Shown here piece by piece: positions 1 to 9,550 of a DNA stretch of 64,000 nucleotides. The notes below the pieces were generated by a model that was not told the DNA's origin, did no database searches, and saw nothing but the letters and a program-made list of their open reading frames with translations. The stretch is taken from NCBI GenBank assembly GCA_963752255.1, contig CAVVXT010000007.1:32001-96000 (forward strand). The letters are read 5' to 3'. How positions within the stretch are numbered: position 1 is the first letter of the stretch; each line of letters begins with the position of its first letter. Position numbers and translations under genes: made by a program. This DNA comes from Nitrososphaeria archaeon (GTDB lineage Archaea; Thermoproteota; Nitrososphaeria; JACIWG01).

Positions 1-576
1 GTCGAGCTTGCGTTAATTTATGGCGGAAAGATGTCAGACAAGGGTATAAAGCTGTATAGGTTTGCGAACAGGATACCCTTGCTATATGATGAAGCATCAG
101 ACGTTTCTTGGAAGGTGATCAACGAGGAAATAGATTGGAAAAGATACAAGATACCTCAAGAAGCGCCGATTGCAGTTGTGGTCAACATAAGCTCGACAAG
201 AATCCCATACAAAACCGTTGGCAAAGAATATCTGGCCGATAGACCAGAACTTGAGAAGGAACTTAAGAACGCGTTAAGAGAGACGTTAAGGAAGCTCTCA
301 GCATACCTCTCAAGAAGAACATCAGAAGAGCATGAAAAAAGAAAGACGAACCTATACATGAAGTACCTGCCATTAATCGCAAACTTTTCAAGAGAACTAG
401 CAAATAAGGAGAAGCTTCCAAACTATAAAAGGCTTCTAAAGGAGGGACAGGGTGAAATAGCAGTTGAAAAGGAGGCTGAAAAGATAGTTGAAAAAGAAGT
501 AGCTGAAGAGGATAATGAGAAAGTTGAAGTTATAAAAGGGGGTCAGAAAAAAATTGAAGAATTCACCGTCGACTAG
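1..576 (+). CDS. top6B: DNA topoisomerase VI subunit B, C-terminal part (runs off the window)
   Basis: Frame open from base 1; RFANRIPLLY and STRIPYKTVGKE transducer motifs; directly upstream of top6A. Confidence 0.93.
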   Translation, partial: VELALIYGGKMSDKGIKLYRFANRIPLLYDEASDVSWKVINEEIDWKRYKIPQEAPIAVVVNISSTRIPYKTVGKEYLADRPELEKELKNALRETLRKLSAYLSRRTSEEHEKRKTNLYMKYLPLIANFSRELANKEKLPNYKRLLKEGQGEIAVEKEAEKIVEKEVAEEDNEKVEVIKGGQKKIEEFTVD

Positions 577-1636
577 AAAAAAGGAAGTTAAAGAGCTTCT
601 TGAAAGGTTGGGAGAGAAGATATATCAGCAGATAGAACAAGGAAATTTTCCGGAAGTAGAAATGCCGAGCAGATCCGTTAAGAACATCGTCTATGACAAG
701 GAACTCAAACAGTATGTTGTAGGAGGGAATATGGTTAAGAGAAATGCGAAGAACATCAAACACCTAAGACCATTCACACAGACTATATGGCTAGCCTTCT
801 TTGTAAATAAGCTGATAAACGAAGGAAAGACGTCAACTCTGAGGGATGTCTACTATTCCGCGCAGGCGTTTAATATCGAGTTCACGGACCAAGCAGAATC
901 CGATGAAATAATAACCGACTTGGAAGCGTTACTGAGAAAGGCAAGGGAAGAGTACAACGTCTATCCAGAAGAGAGAAGTGCGATATACGGCGATCTGACA
1001 ATAACGTACACGGTTCCAGGACACGAGGGGAAAAAGCTTAACTTAGCATCACACCCGGACGGCTATCTTATAGGATCCAGCCTGAGCACAGCGGAGTTCA
1101 CTAAAACTTCAGCAAAGCTTGTATTCGCGGTAGAAAAGGGAGGACTATTTACAAGGTTCGTGGAAAACAATGTCCACGAAAAATATAGAGCGCTTATAGT
1201 CGATACAGCAGGGCAGCCACCGAGATCAACAAGGTACTTCTTGAAACGACTAAACCAAGAACTGGGGCTGCCGGTCTATGTTTTAACAGACGCAGACCCT
1301 TACGGAATGCATATCTTTATGGTCATAGCATCAGGCTCAGCCAACGCGGCACATCTTACAGAGCTAACCGTGCCAACAGCGAAATGGCTAGGTGTAACGG
1401 CAACGGACATAGAAACATACAAGCTGCCATATGTGAAGCTTAAAGACGAAGATGTGAAGAGAGCCTACGAACTTAAAAATGACCCGAGGTACAAGGATGC
1501 AAGGTTCCAGAAGGAACTTGATGTATTCATAAAAAAGCAGAAGAAGGCAGAGCTGGAAGCGTTTGCAAAATACTCTCTAGATTACATTGTAGAAAAGTAT
1601 CTTCCAGACAAACTTAAAGAAATCAACAGTAAGTAG
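554..1636 (+). CDS. top6A: DNA topoisomerase VI subunit A
   Basis: TLRDVYY catalytic Tyr motif; VEK and DADPYG Toprim motifs; KAELEA. Confidence 0.96.
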   Translation: MKNSPSTRKKEVKELLERLGEKIYQQIEQGNFPEVEMPSRSVKNIVYDKELKQYVVGGNMVKRNAKNIKHLRPFTQTIWLAFFVNKLINEGKTSTLRDVYYSAQAFNIEFTDQAESDEIITDLEALLRKAREEYNVYPEERSAIYGDLTITYTVPGHEGKKLNLASHPDGYLIGSSLSTAEFTKTSAKLVFAVEKGGLFTRFVENNVHEKYRALIVDTAGQPPRSTRYFLKRLNQELGLPVYVLTDADPYGMHIFMVIASGSANAAHLTELTVPTAKWLGVTATDIETYKLPYVKLKDEDVKRAYELKNDPRYKDARFQKELDVFIKKQKKAELEAFAKYSLDYIVEKYLPDKLKEINSK

Positions 1637-1667
1637 AAAAAGTTATATCCATATCACTAAACCAAGA

Positions 1668-1871
1668 GTGAGCATGAACGACCAAAACATAGATACAAGG
1701 CTTAACTTTATAACAAAGATCATCGGCATAGTTTTTTTAATAATTGGATTATTTATGGAGTTTATGATAGCTACAACATCACTCTATCCACCATTAGCAG
1801 GAATGTTCCAGATACTCGCTATTATAATGATAGTCGTTGGAGCGGTATCACTTATAGCTAAGATAAGCTGA
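1668..1871 (+). CDS. Small two-TM membrane protein
   Basis: Two hydrophobic helices; TTATAT box ~25 bp upstream. Confidence 0.6.
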   Translation: MSMNDQNIDTRLNFITKIIGIVFLIIGLFMEFMIATTSLYPPLAGMFQILAIIMIVVGAVSLIAKIS

Positions 1872-1916
1872 AAAGGTCAAAAGTTATATATTGAGAAGTA
1901 CGACCTCCAAAAACGT

Positions 1917-1990
1917 GCCGCTGTAGCTTAACCCGGTAAAGCGGCTGGCTGTTAACCAGTAGAGTGGAGGTTCAAATCCTCCCAGCGGCG
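1917..1990 (+). tRNA. tRNA-Asn(GTT)
   Basis: GCCGCTG/CAGCGGC acceptor stem; anticodon arm GCTGG-CT-GTT-AA-CCAGT; GGTTCAAATCC T arm. Confidence 0.95.
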
Positions 1991-2042
1991 CACCAAATTT
2001 AGTGCACATCCATTATATGCCAAGACGTGCTATGTCATATCG

Positions 2043-2264
2043 ATGAGAGTTAGGAAGGTGGACAAGCTTCTTGAAGATGGGAATGTCCGTAGATGATTTG
2101 AGAATGTAAGAAGGGGAAGCCTGATCAGCTCAGAGAACATGCTACGCTCTTTGAACCTATTCTGTGAGCGGAACTCCGTTACTCCAAATGAGCTTATTGG
2201 AATGCAGAAAAAGCGAATTGAGGACCTGCGTCATTACAATACGATACAGGGCCTTCAGTGCTAA
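2043..2264 (+). pseudogene. N-terminal relic of an archaeal tyrosine integrase
   Basis: Translates MRVRKVDKLLEDGNVRR*FENVRRGSLISSENMLRSLNLFCERNSVTPNEL; resembles the LLED..VRRW.EN..RGS....LF....TP..L N-terminus of archaeal integrases; internal TGA at 2094; 52 bp downstream of tRNA-Asn. Confidence 0.7.
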
Positions 2265-2525
2265 AACCAAGTATTTGCTTTTGTGCCCCCCTTTGAGCCC
2301 TAGCATTCACCAAAAAGTCTATAGATTTTAGTAATTTTTTACCACTTCAATATTCTTTTATCCTATTATTATCATTTTATCAATAATTTTATTATTATTT
2401 TTTTCCAAAGATTTTTACAAAATAAAAAGCAAGCTAGGAAGAACATTTCTCTAATCTTCAAGGTGTTATTAAGGTAAGAAAGGTCCAAATGGCCAACCTC
2501 CTTGAAAACAGAAGATATAAGGATG

Positions 2526-2632
2526 TGGGCCCAATGGGATTTGAACCCACGGCTGACCGGTGTCTCAAGGGAGTTTAGATATGTTATGCCCTATATGAGC
2601 CGGTCACTCTGACCAAACTGAGTTATGGGCCC
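2526..2632 (-). tRNA. tRNA with CAT anticodon (probably Ile2), 32-nt intron at 37/38 (2562-2593)
   Basis: GGGCCCA/TGGGCCC acceptor; ACCGG-CT-CAT-A[intron]A-CCGGT; the GGGCCC start fits archaeal Ile2 better than Met. Confidence 0.88.
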
Positions 2633-2742
2633 ATTTTTATATAGGTCTGTACTTTAGGGCTGTTTAAATAATTTTTGTTTTGGACATAAAGTAACTTATT
2701 TAACCGGAAACGGGAATGCAATAAAAAAAAGTAGGTTTTCTC

Positions 2743-3513
2743 TTATACTCCCTTCTTTAGTTCATTAAGCCATTCTTTTGCAGCGTTCACCATAATCGCA
2801 AGTTCGCCTGAGCAGTCTATCATCTTGAAACCCTGCTTTATCCTCTTTACCGCTGTCTTCGGGTCGTCAGTCCAGATTCCTCCCGGTTTGTCAGCCTGCT
2901 TAGAAGCCCTCAAAACTGCATCAATTGCGCTCTTGAACTTTTCACTTTCAAAATCTCCTGGACAACCAAGAGACCAGGATAAATCGTACGGGCCAATAAA
3001 GAAGGCGTCGATACCATCTATCAACAGCATGTCTTTTATGTTCTTTATCGCCTGTTCTGTTTCGATCTGGATAATGGTCACAATGCTATCATTAGCTCTT
3101 TTACCATATGTGGGGTCAAAACCGTAGGCAGATGCTCTCCTAGGGCCGAAACCTCTAATGCCCTTCGGGGGATATCTGCAGGCTTTAACAGCTTTCTCCG
3201 CTTCTTCAACTGTGTTTACCCAAGGCACAACGACACCTTCAGAACCGACGTCTAGAGCCAATTTTATGAGAACCGGGTCGTTCCATGCTACACGCACAAG
3301 GGGGGAAGTAGTGCTACTGCTCATAGGCTGAATAAGTTTCTGTACTATTCCCGCGTTCAGAGGAGAGTGTTCCGTGTCAAATACGAACCAGTCAAAACCA
3401 ACTCTAGAAAGAGCGTCGACGACGTCGGAATCGGTCAATGTTATCCAAGTGCCAAAATTTACTTTTTGCTCAGCCAGAATCTTCTTCATTCTATTAGAAA
3501 CAAATTCGGGCAT
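2743..3513 (-). CDS. HpcH/HpaI family aldolase
   Basis: FDTEH, QIET and FIGPYDLS motifs. Confidence 0.92.
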   Translation of the reverse strand: MPEFVSNRMKKILAEQKVNFGTWITLTDSDVVDALSRVGFDWFVFDTEHSPLNAGIVQKLIQPMSSSTTSPLVRVAWNDPVLIKLALDVGSEGVVVPWVNTVEEAEKAVKACRYPPKGIRGFGPRRASAYGFDPTYGKRANDSIVTIIQIETEQAIKNIKDMLLIDGIDAFFIGPYDLSWSLGCPGDFESEKFKSAIDAVLRASKQADKPGGIWTDDPKTAVKRIKQGFKMIDCSGELAIMVNAAKEWLNELKKGV

Positions 3514-3608
3514 ATTCCCTCAATTATGTGTTTGAAGTGCAGGGTATAAAGTCTTCGACCTAAAACTATATGGTTCAATAAATAGTTTAAAATCTTGTTA
3601 TGAATTCC

Positions 3609-4634
3609 TTATAAGTTTGTAAATGTTGTTTTGGACAGTATTGTCTTCCCCTGCTCAGCGATTATCCTATTAACCCTCTCTATCGTGACGCCGGTCGTTG
3701 TCCCTATCTCCCCAACGCATGCAGCGCCAGCAGCTTGCGCGAACAGCAGGATCTCAGCAGCTTCCTGCACGTTCAGATCCTCCAGCTTTCTTCCGGCTTC
3801 TATAATATCGAGAAGCTTCCTTGCGGTTCCAGCGCACATAGAGTCCCCAGCACCTGTAGGATCGATGGCCTCAACGTTAAACGCCGGTTGTTTGATGAAC
3901 CTGTTCTTAAATAGCACAGTTGAACCGTACTTTCCGTCACTTACAATCGTAAACTTGACCCCTCTATCAGCAGCCCACCTAAGGCCGTCTAGTGGATCGG
4001 ACTGGCCTGTTATACCTTGAAGTTCCTGAACATTACTATGTAAAATGTCAACGTAAGGCAGTGCAGGATGGCTGTAGCTCCACTCTTTCCCATAGGGTCT
4101 AGCCAAATCTAGAATAGTGCGGATATTATTGTTAAAGCAGTACTTAAGAAGATCTTTGAGCCTGAAGTCAAAGTTGCCCAGTATACCGGATGCGACGTAA
4201 AGTATTTTGGGCTCAGATTTTTTGACCACACGCATTACATATTCGAAGTCTAAGAACAGATTGGCACCCAACATTCCAACATTAGCTTTATCCTCGCCTT
4301 TTTTTACAAGGAGTATCGATATGCCCGTCGGTGCATTTTCTACGCGTTGGAGTCTTCCAACTACACCCCTAGATCTCAGGAAATCTTGTACAAAATCGCC
4401 TAACATATCTCTGCCTGCTGCTAAGGCAACTCTAACATCGCCCTTCTTAAGGTTCAGCTGTTTTAAATCCACTGAAACATTGGCAGGATGTCCACCGAGA
4501 GAGATTTTGATTCCTTGAGGAGTTGTAATCGCTTCCCCCGGTCCTGGGATCTTAGGCAGCTCGGGGGCCAATATGTCCACGAAGACAAACCCGCACGTTA
4601 ATATCTTAGCCAACAAAATCACTACATGATTCAA
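3609..4634 (-). CDS. PfkB family carbohydrate kinase
   Basis: GGHPANVS and DPTGAGDS signatures. Confidence 0.92.
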   Translation of the reverse strand: MNHVVILLAKILTCGFVFVDILAPELPKIPGPGEAITTPQGIKISLGGHPANVSVDLKQLNLKKGDVRVALAAGRDMLGDFVQDFLRSRGVVGRLQRVENAPTGISILLVKKGEDKANVGMLGANLFLDFEYVMRVVKKSEPKILYVASGILGNFDFRLKDLLKYCFNNNIRTILDLARPYGKEWSYSHPALPYVDILHSNVQELQGITGQSDPLDGLRWAADRGVKFTIVSDGKYGSTVLFKNRFIKQPAFNVEAIDPTGAGDSMCAGTARKLLDIIEAGRKLEDLNVQEAAEILLFAQAAGAACVGEIGTTTGVTIERVNRIIAEQGKTILSKTTFTNL

Positions 4635-4670
4635 TTTATAAAATGCATATTTAAATCTTGTTTCAGAAGA

Positions 4671-5915
4671 CTATTCTTCTAGGATCATCCCTTCAAACAG
4701 GTGCTCCATAAGTAGCCGCATGTTTTCCTCCGTTATCTTTCTTGGATTGAATGTTGGCAGCCCATAAATGTACTGCCGCTCATTGACTATATAGTCAGAG
4801 AACTCGGGGAGCTCATTCTTAGGAACACTAAACTCCTTTAGTGTCAAAGGCAAGTCTAGATCTTTCATTAGAGTTACTACCTCACGTATGGCGGCCTTTG
4901 CCGCTTCCCTAGTGGAAAGCGCATGGACATCTGCACCCGTCATCCAAGAAAATCTGGCAATCTTCTCAAAACATGCTGGAAGGTTAAATCCTAAAACATA
5001 TGGCAGGGTCATCCCACACGCGGCACCATGTGGTATATTCCATCTAGGCCCAGCCGCTTCAGCTATGCAGTGACCTAGGATTGCCGGCCCACCGATCCAG
5101 GTGTAACCTATTACAATCCCTCCAAGCATAGACGCACATGACATACCCCATCGAGCTTCAAGATCCTTACCATTGTGGTAAGCACGTCTCGCGTACTTGA
5201 ATATAAGTCTAACAGCTTCAAGAGCCTGGCTATCTGAAATCGGATTAGAATAGTTGCTGATTAATGCTTCAACACAATGGCTTAGTGCATCCATGGCACT
5301 GCCAGCCGTCTGTTTTTGAGGACAACTCATCGCCATAAGCGGATCCACTATTGCGGTTTCAGCGTAGAGGCTTGGACTTGCAGCCCAAGTCTTGTACACG
5401 CCTTCAATAATCACCGAATATGGAGACACCTCGCTCCCCGTTCCTGAAGTCGTCGGTATCAAAATTTTTGCTTTGGGTGGGAACTTTATCATATCCTGCG
5501 CCGGATTAACATATGTCATCAGATCGTCTGGATTAGTTAGGCATGTAGCGACCATCTTTGCTGTGTCCATCACCGCCCCTCCGCCTAGGCCTACCACTGC
5601 ATCATACTTTCCCTCTCTCCCGAATGCGACAGCCTTTCTTACGCTGTCAGAATCTGGCTCGCTAGCAATATCGTCATAGACATCGACACCAACACTTTCT
5701 CTCTTTATTAGGTCAACAACCTTGCCAACTATGCCCACTTTCTGTATTCCTTTATCTGTAATTAATCCAACTCTCTGACCAAAGCGTTTGACTTCAGGTC
5801 CTATAAAAGATTCGACAGACCCAGTACCAAATATAACCTTCTTTGCACCCTGATATTCTGATATTCGAGCCAGAGGCAGATTTGTTTCAAAAGATCTTAA
5901 ACTCAAATCATACAC
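4671..5915 (-). CDS. Iron-containing alcohol dehydrogenase
   Basis: GLGGGAVMD, PTTSGTGSE, DALSHCVE, PHG. Confidence 0.92.
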   Translation of the reverse strand: MYDLSLRSFETNLPLARISEYQGAKKVIFGTGSVESFIGPEVKRFGQRVGLITDKGIQKVGIVGKVVDLIKRESVGVDVYDDIASEPDSDSVRKAVAFGREGKYDAVVGLGGGAVMDTAKMVATCLTNPDDLMTYVNPAQDMIKFPPKAKILIPTTSGTGSEVSPYSVIIEGVYKTWAASPSLYAETAIVDPLMAMSCPQKQTAGSAMDALSHCVEALISNYSNPISDSQALEAVRLIFKYARRAYHNGKDLEARWGMSCASMLGGIVIGYTWIGGPAILGHCIAEAAGPRWNIPHGAACGMTLPYVLGFNLPACFEKIARFSWMTGADVHALSTREAAKAAIREVVTLMKDLDLPLTLKEFSVPKNELPEFSDYIVNERQYIYGLPTFNPRKITEENMRLLMEHLFEGMILEE

Positions 5916-6269
5916 CTTAAGTATACTATCAAGCCATGCTTTTAATAATTTTTAATCTAACAGAAGAACATCGTGTCCATACCTTTAGAATCAAACGGTG
6001 CCAAACAGTCCCCACCATTGAGGGTTAATTGAACTATAGTGCAAAGTAACCAATCATGTGCTTTTAAAAAAGAAGAATAGGTAGATATGTTAAATAATTA
6101 AGAAAGGTGATAGCCGAAACCCTGATGATTTAAGATATGTTGACCATAGCACCACGTACAACCAAAGAAAGGCTGTTTGTTTCGTTCACAAATTATCAGA
6201 GCGATATATGTGATCCGACTCATTTCCTTCTTTCATAATGAAGATAAAGATTTTAGCGTATGGTTTATG

Positions 6270-6293
6270 GTGCTCCGGCCGGGATTTAAACCC
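6270..6293 (-). repeat. Duplicated tRNA-Glu 3' end (att site or target duplication), followed by CA completing CCA
   Basis: Minus strand GGGTTTAAATCCCGGCCGGAGCAC-CA. Confidence 0.88.
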
Positions 6294-6368
6294 TAATTTA
6301 CTAGTAAATTATTAGGAGGATAACTGCTTTCGAATTCGGTGGGATTTGAACTAATTTGGGTTTAAGTC
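6294..6368 (+). repeat. 75-bp element-end sequence beginning with palindrome TAATTTACTAGTAAATTA; inverted copy at 16146-16220
   Basis: Ungapped manual alignment 54/75 identical, first 26 bp 22/26. Confidence 0.75.
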
Positions 6369-6500
6369 TGCATCGTTATACAACTGTACTCCATAAATTC
6401 GTTGAATATGTCGCAGGCTCTATAAATGTTTTAAATTTTTGGATATTTAGAAAGGTTTAAAACCGTCCAATCATTCAATCAGATTTAAAATGGTGACCGT

Positions 6501-6908
6501 TTGAAAAGGACAATTGCATTAGTTGCACATGATAATAAAAAAAATGATTTAGTGGAGTGGGTTGAATATAACAAAGGGACATTAACCCCCCATAATTTAT
6601 ATGCAACTGGACAAACCGGAAGAAAGATAATCGAGAACACAGGGTTAGAAATAAATCTCCTCAAGGATGGCTCTAGAGGAGGAGACATGGAAATTGGCGC
6701 TCTAATAGCAAACGGGAAATTAGATTACCTGATCTTCTTTTGGGATCCTTTGGAATCTCTTCCCCATGATGTGGACGTTAAAGCACTTCTTAGGATAGCT
6801 GTTCTATATAATATACCCACTGCATGTAATAGGGCAACAGCCGATTTGATAATTTCAAGCCCACTATTTAAGAGCGAAGAATATATGCCAAAAAAGGCGA
6901 CAGAATAA
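6501..6908 (+). CDS. mgsA: Methylglyoxal synthase
   Basis: IALVAHDNKK, ATGQTG, GGDMEIG, DPL..PHDVDVKALLR, ACNRATAD. Confidence 0.95.
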   Translation: MKRTIALVAHDNKKNDLVEWVEYNKGTLTPHNLYATGQTGRKIIENTGLEINLLKDGSRGGDMEIGALIANGKLDYLIFFWDPLESLPHDVDVKALLRIAVLYNIPTACNRATADLIISSPLFKSEEYMPKKATE

Positions 6909-7241
6909 AAATTAATTTAACGATCCCAAGTCTTTTAGTTTTAATCCTAGAGTGCCCTTCAATATCATATCTTATCTCCAATCACTCTCTAGGAAGACAT
7001 TACACAGATTATAGCTCCACAAAGACTAAAAGGGATATAAGATAAAGCTGAGCTAAAAATATTAATTATTGATTAGGTTAGATAGTCTATTCATATACTC
7101 GGAAGCATATTAAAGAAATAGCCATAAGATTCAATTTTAATCTTTATGAAATATCTATTTCCCTTTACTAATAATGTTACCAGTTCAAATTCTTGATCTC
7201 TTTTTTTTAATTGTATATTTCCAGAAAATAGTCCAAACCTT

Positions 7242-7676
7242 TTAACTTCGATTTATTGCACTTTCGTCCACATATATTCTTTTTCTGCATTCGGGACAGA
7301 ATTTTTGCTTGAATCCTCTTCTCCGTAAAGGTTTGAACAGTTTTCTGCAAACACTGCATTCGACCTGATTAGCACTAGGAGATTTAATTATCTTCAATCT
7401 TCTTCCAATTTCAGCTTTAGTTTCAACATCAATCTCAGCCTCAAGCGCATCAGTCAACAGTTGACTAGCCAGTTCTACGCTTTTGTCTCCAAAAAGTTTC
7501 ACAAAAACACTATGCTTATCCGAGCCTATTTGCGCTGGCAACATGCAAACAAAGTTTGAGGGATACTTTTCAGGCCTATCCAAATCAACTACTGCACAGC
7601 GATAGCGTTGCGCCAAAGAAGTTCCACTTGCTCCTTTCATCTTGAATATTTTCAGCTTAACATTCATGTCCATCAA
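7242..7676 (-). CDS. Hypothetical protein with C-terminal Zn finger
   Basis: CSVC...FCPEC. Confidence 0.65.
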   Translation of the reverse strand: MMDMNVKLKIFKMKGASGTSLAQRYRCAVVDLDRPEKYPSNFVCMLPAQIGSDKHSVFVKLFGDKSVELASQLLTDALEAEIDVETKAEIGRRLKIIKSPSANQVECSVCRKLFKPLRRRGFKQKFCPECRKRIYVDESAINRS

Positions 7677-7907
7677 CTAGTTTTTTATGATATAAGATAG
7701 GAAGAGCTAGGATCACAACTAAGATTAGTTAGCTGTTTCTATAGCTTCTCAGTTGTCTAAGCCATTGATAGCTTATGCTCTTAGTGAGATAGCCTCCTTT
7801 AACGGTGTAAAATCTGTTAGGACACATATCTATCAGTTTTTAATAGTGGTCCTCCTATTTAAAGAAGCCCTTATTCTTCAATCAAATAGAGATTTCTTAA
7901 TTTCTAT

Positions 7908-7955
7908 GCCCTTGATCTTGATATAGAGTTCGTCTGCTCTCCATGTGTCGCCAAT
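7908..7955 (-). pseudogene. Fragment of a second IS6-type transposase
   Basis: Encodes IGDTWRADELYIKIKG versus VGDTWRADELYVKIKG in 12815-13927. Confidence 0.8.
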
Positions 7956-8020
7956 AATGCATTTTTATTCTCTTACGCCCATGAAGACAAAACTGAGGAA
8001 CGGATTCTGAGAACTGTTCT

Positions 8021-8299
8021 CTATCTTCTGATTGATGCAATTATCTTCCCGTTCGCATTGTCTCTCACGTTTATCTGCTGGGGGTGCACCTCAAAGTTGA
8101 CATAGCTTAGACAGTCCATAGATTCTTGACTTACCTCTCCATCTGGGCTTCCTGTCGCACCTATTGCAATCAGAACTTTAGAAGCACGCCTGCTCTTTGG
8201 CACACCATTCTTCGAAAGGTATCTTACTACTTCTCTCCTCGTGTAGAACTTCACTCTTTGTTCACACTGTTCGTTGGATGACATACCATTTCCTAACAT
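8021..8299 (-). CDS. Hypothetical protein
   Basis: 92-aa ORF with TTTATATA box upstream; no family recognised. Confidence 0.55.
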   Translation of the reverse strand: MLGNGMSSNEQCEQRVKFYTRREVVRYLSKNGVPKSRRASKVLIAIGATGSPDGEVSQESMDCLSYVNFEVHPQQINVRDNANGKIIASIRR

Positions 8300-8336
8300 T
8301 TATCGAGTGGAGTACTATATAAAGGAAGCTCGGTCT

Positions 8337-8388
8337 GGTTCTGTTAACTTATCGGCTCGTCAATCTTGGTGTTAACCGTCGGCTCATG
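8337..8388 (+). repeat. Left terminal inverted repeat
   Basis: GGTTCTGTTAACTTATCGGCTCGTCAATCTTGGTGTTAACCGTCGGCTCATG, exact reverse complement of 14476-14527. Confidence 0.95.
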
Positions 8389-8404
8389 TCATTTTGTCGG
8401 AGGG

Positions 8405-8815
8405 CTAACCATGAATGTCTTTCAATCTTGTCTTTAGCAATATTTTCTTTCCATCCTTGAAAACAATCTTAGCGTTGTCATCTTCCTTTCCAGCGGGTAT
8501 TCGATATAATCCTGTTCCGTTTTCAAGGATATACTTGGCATGCTCCCTGTTGTTTTCACAAAGGAGACTTTCTCCATTGTAAAGGACAATAAAATCTGCG
8601 ATTGCCTTAGTCGGGCGAACTTCTATCGCTTTGTTACTTGCAATAGGTTCTGTAACTATCGACTTCCTTATGGTAGGATTAATCAGAATTTTCTCTTTCT
8701 GTTTCTCCCTTCTCATTTTTATAGTCTCAAAAATTATGCCTACCCAAATCCCAATAGCTGTAATAATACTTGCTATAATCCCAATAGATGTAAGGTCAAG
8801 ACTTACCATAGGCAC
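8405..8815 (-). CDS. Hypothetical protein with N-terminal TM helix (transposon passenger)
   Basis: Hydrophobic N-terminus followed by a basic stretch. Confidence 0.65.
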   Translation of the reverse strand: MPMVSLDLTSIGIIASIITAIGIWVGIIFETIKMRREKQKEKILINPTIRKSIVTEPIASNKAIEVRPTKAIADFIVLYNGESLLCENNREHAKYILENGTGLYRIPAGKEDDNAKIVFKDGKKILLKTRLKDIHG

Positions 8816-9028
8816 ACCTAATTAAGATACAGAACCCAATGGTTAAAAGGCTTAACTCACACACAAATTTTATATTACGGCTTACCAATTAATATTTGAA
8901 CAATTTGGAAAAAAAAGAAGTTGAACCCCCAGATAAAGAAGTAAAAGAGGTCAAACTCCCAGATAAAGAAGTCAATTTAATGATTCCGCACTTATTCGAT
9001 TGAGTTTTTCCTTCTAATGCTTAAATAT

Positions 9029-9499
9029 TTAAAAATGGAAGATTAATTTTATTATTTCTTGATAGATAACAATAATTAAGAGTGAAATATAGAATAGTAT
9101 AAGCCAATTTTCAGCTTTTGGAAAAAGTGAGAATTTAAGATAATAATAGATGGGTATAGTCAGAAGGAAACTAATGGAAATAACAATTAGCTGTATAGAC
9201 GCAGGAAGATTAGCAAGGTTAGGTATTTTAAGGATTAATGAGGAAATGAAGATTAATGTATAAATCATTAAAGTGAACCAAGATAATAATTTTAAAAATG
9301 CCTCATTATATGAATAGCTCATAAAATGTCCGAAAGACCAGAAAGAAAAAGAGAAGATTATCATAACTGAATAGATTACGAAACTAATCCAATATTGTTG
9401 ATAATCTTTTAGAAGCCCTATTGAGATAGTAAGTATTATTGTTGTAACCAAAAACAATAATTCAAAAACCTTATCAAACTTCTCAATTGGTTTCGGCAA
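9029..9499 (-). CDS. AT-rich multi-pass membrane protein (transposon passenger)
   Basis: About five hydrophobic helices; very AT-rich coding sequence. Confidence 0.6.
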   Translation of the reverse strand: MPKPIEKFDKVFELLFLVTTIILTISIGLLKDYQQYWISFVIYSVMIIFSFSFWSFGHFMSYSYNEAFLKLLSWFTLMIYTLIFISSLILKIPNLANLPASIQLIVISISFLLTIPIYYYLKFSLFPKAENWLILFYISLLIIVIYQEIIKLIFHF

Positions 9500-9550
9500 C
9501 TAAAATCAACATTAAAGTTGATAATCTTATAATCATTTAAACTTTATAGA

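Noticed and set aside
2330-2430. Very AT-rich tract as a replication-origin unwinding element
   Set aside because: No ORB-like repeats or cdc6/orc1 gene nearby.
6110-6135. GAAAC-CCTGATGA resembling a hammerhead ribozyme core
   Set aside because: The core motifs are adjacent with no room for the required stems.
6337-6351. CGGTGGGATTTGAAC as an att copy of tRNA-Arg
   Set aside because: Only 15 bp, and it lies within the 75-bp end repeat whose other copy does not keep the tRNA match; not treated as a separate att site.
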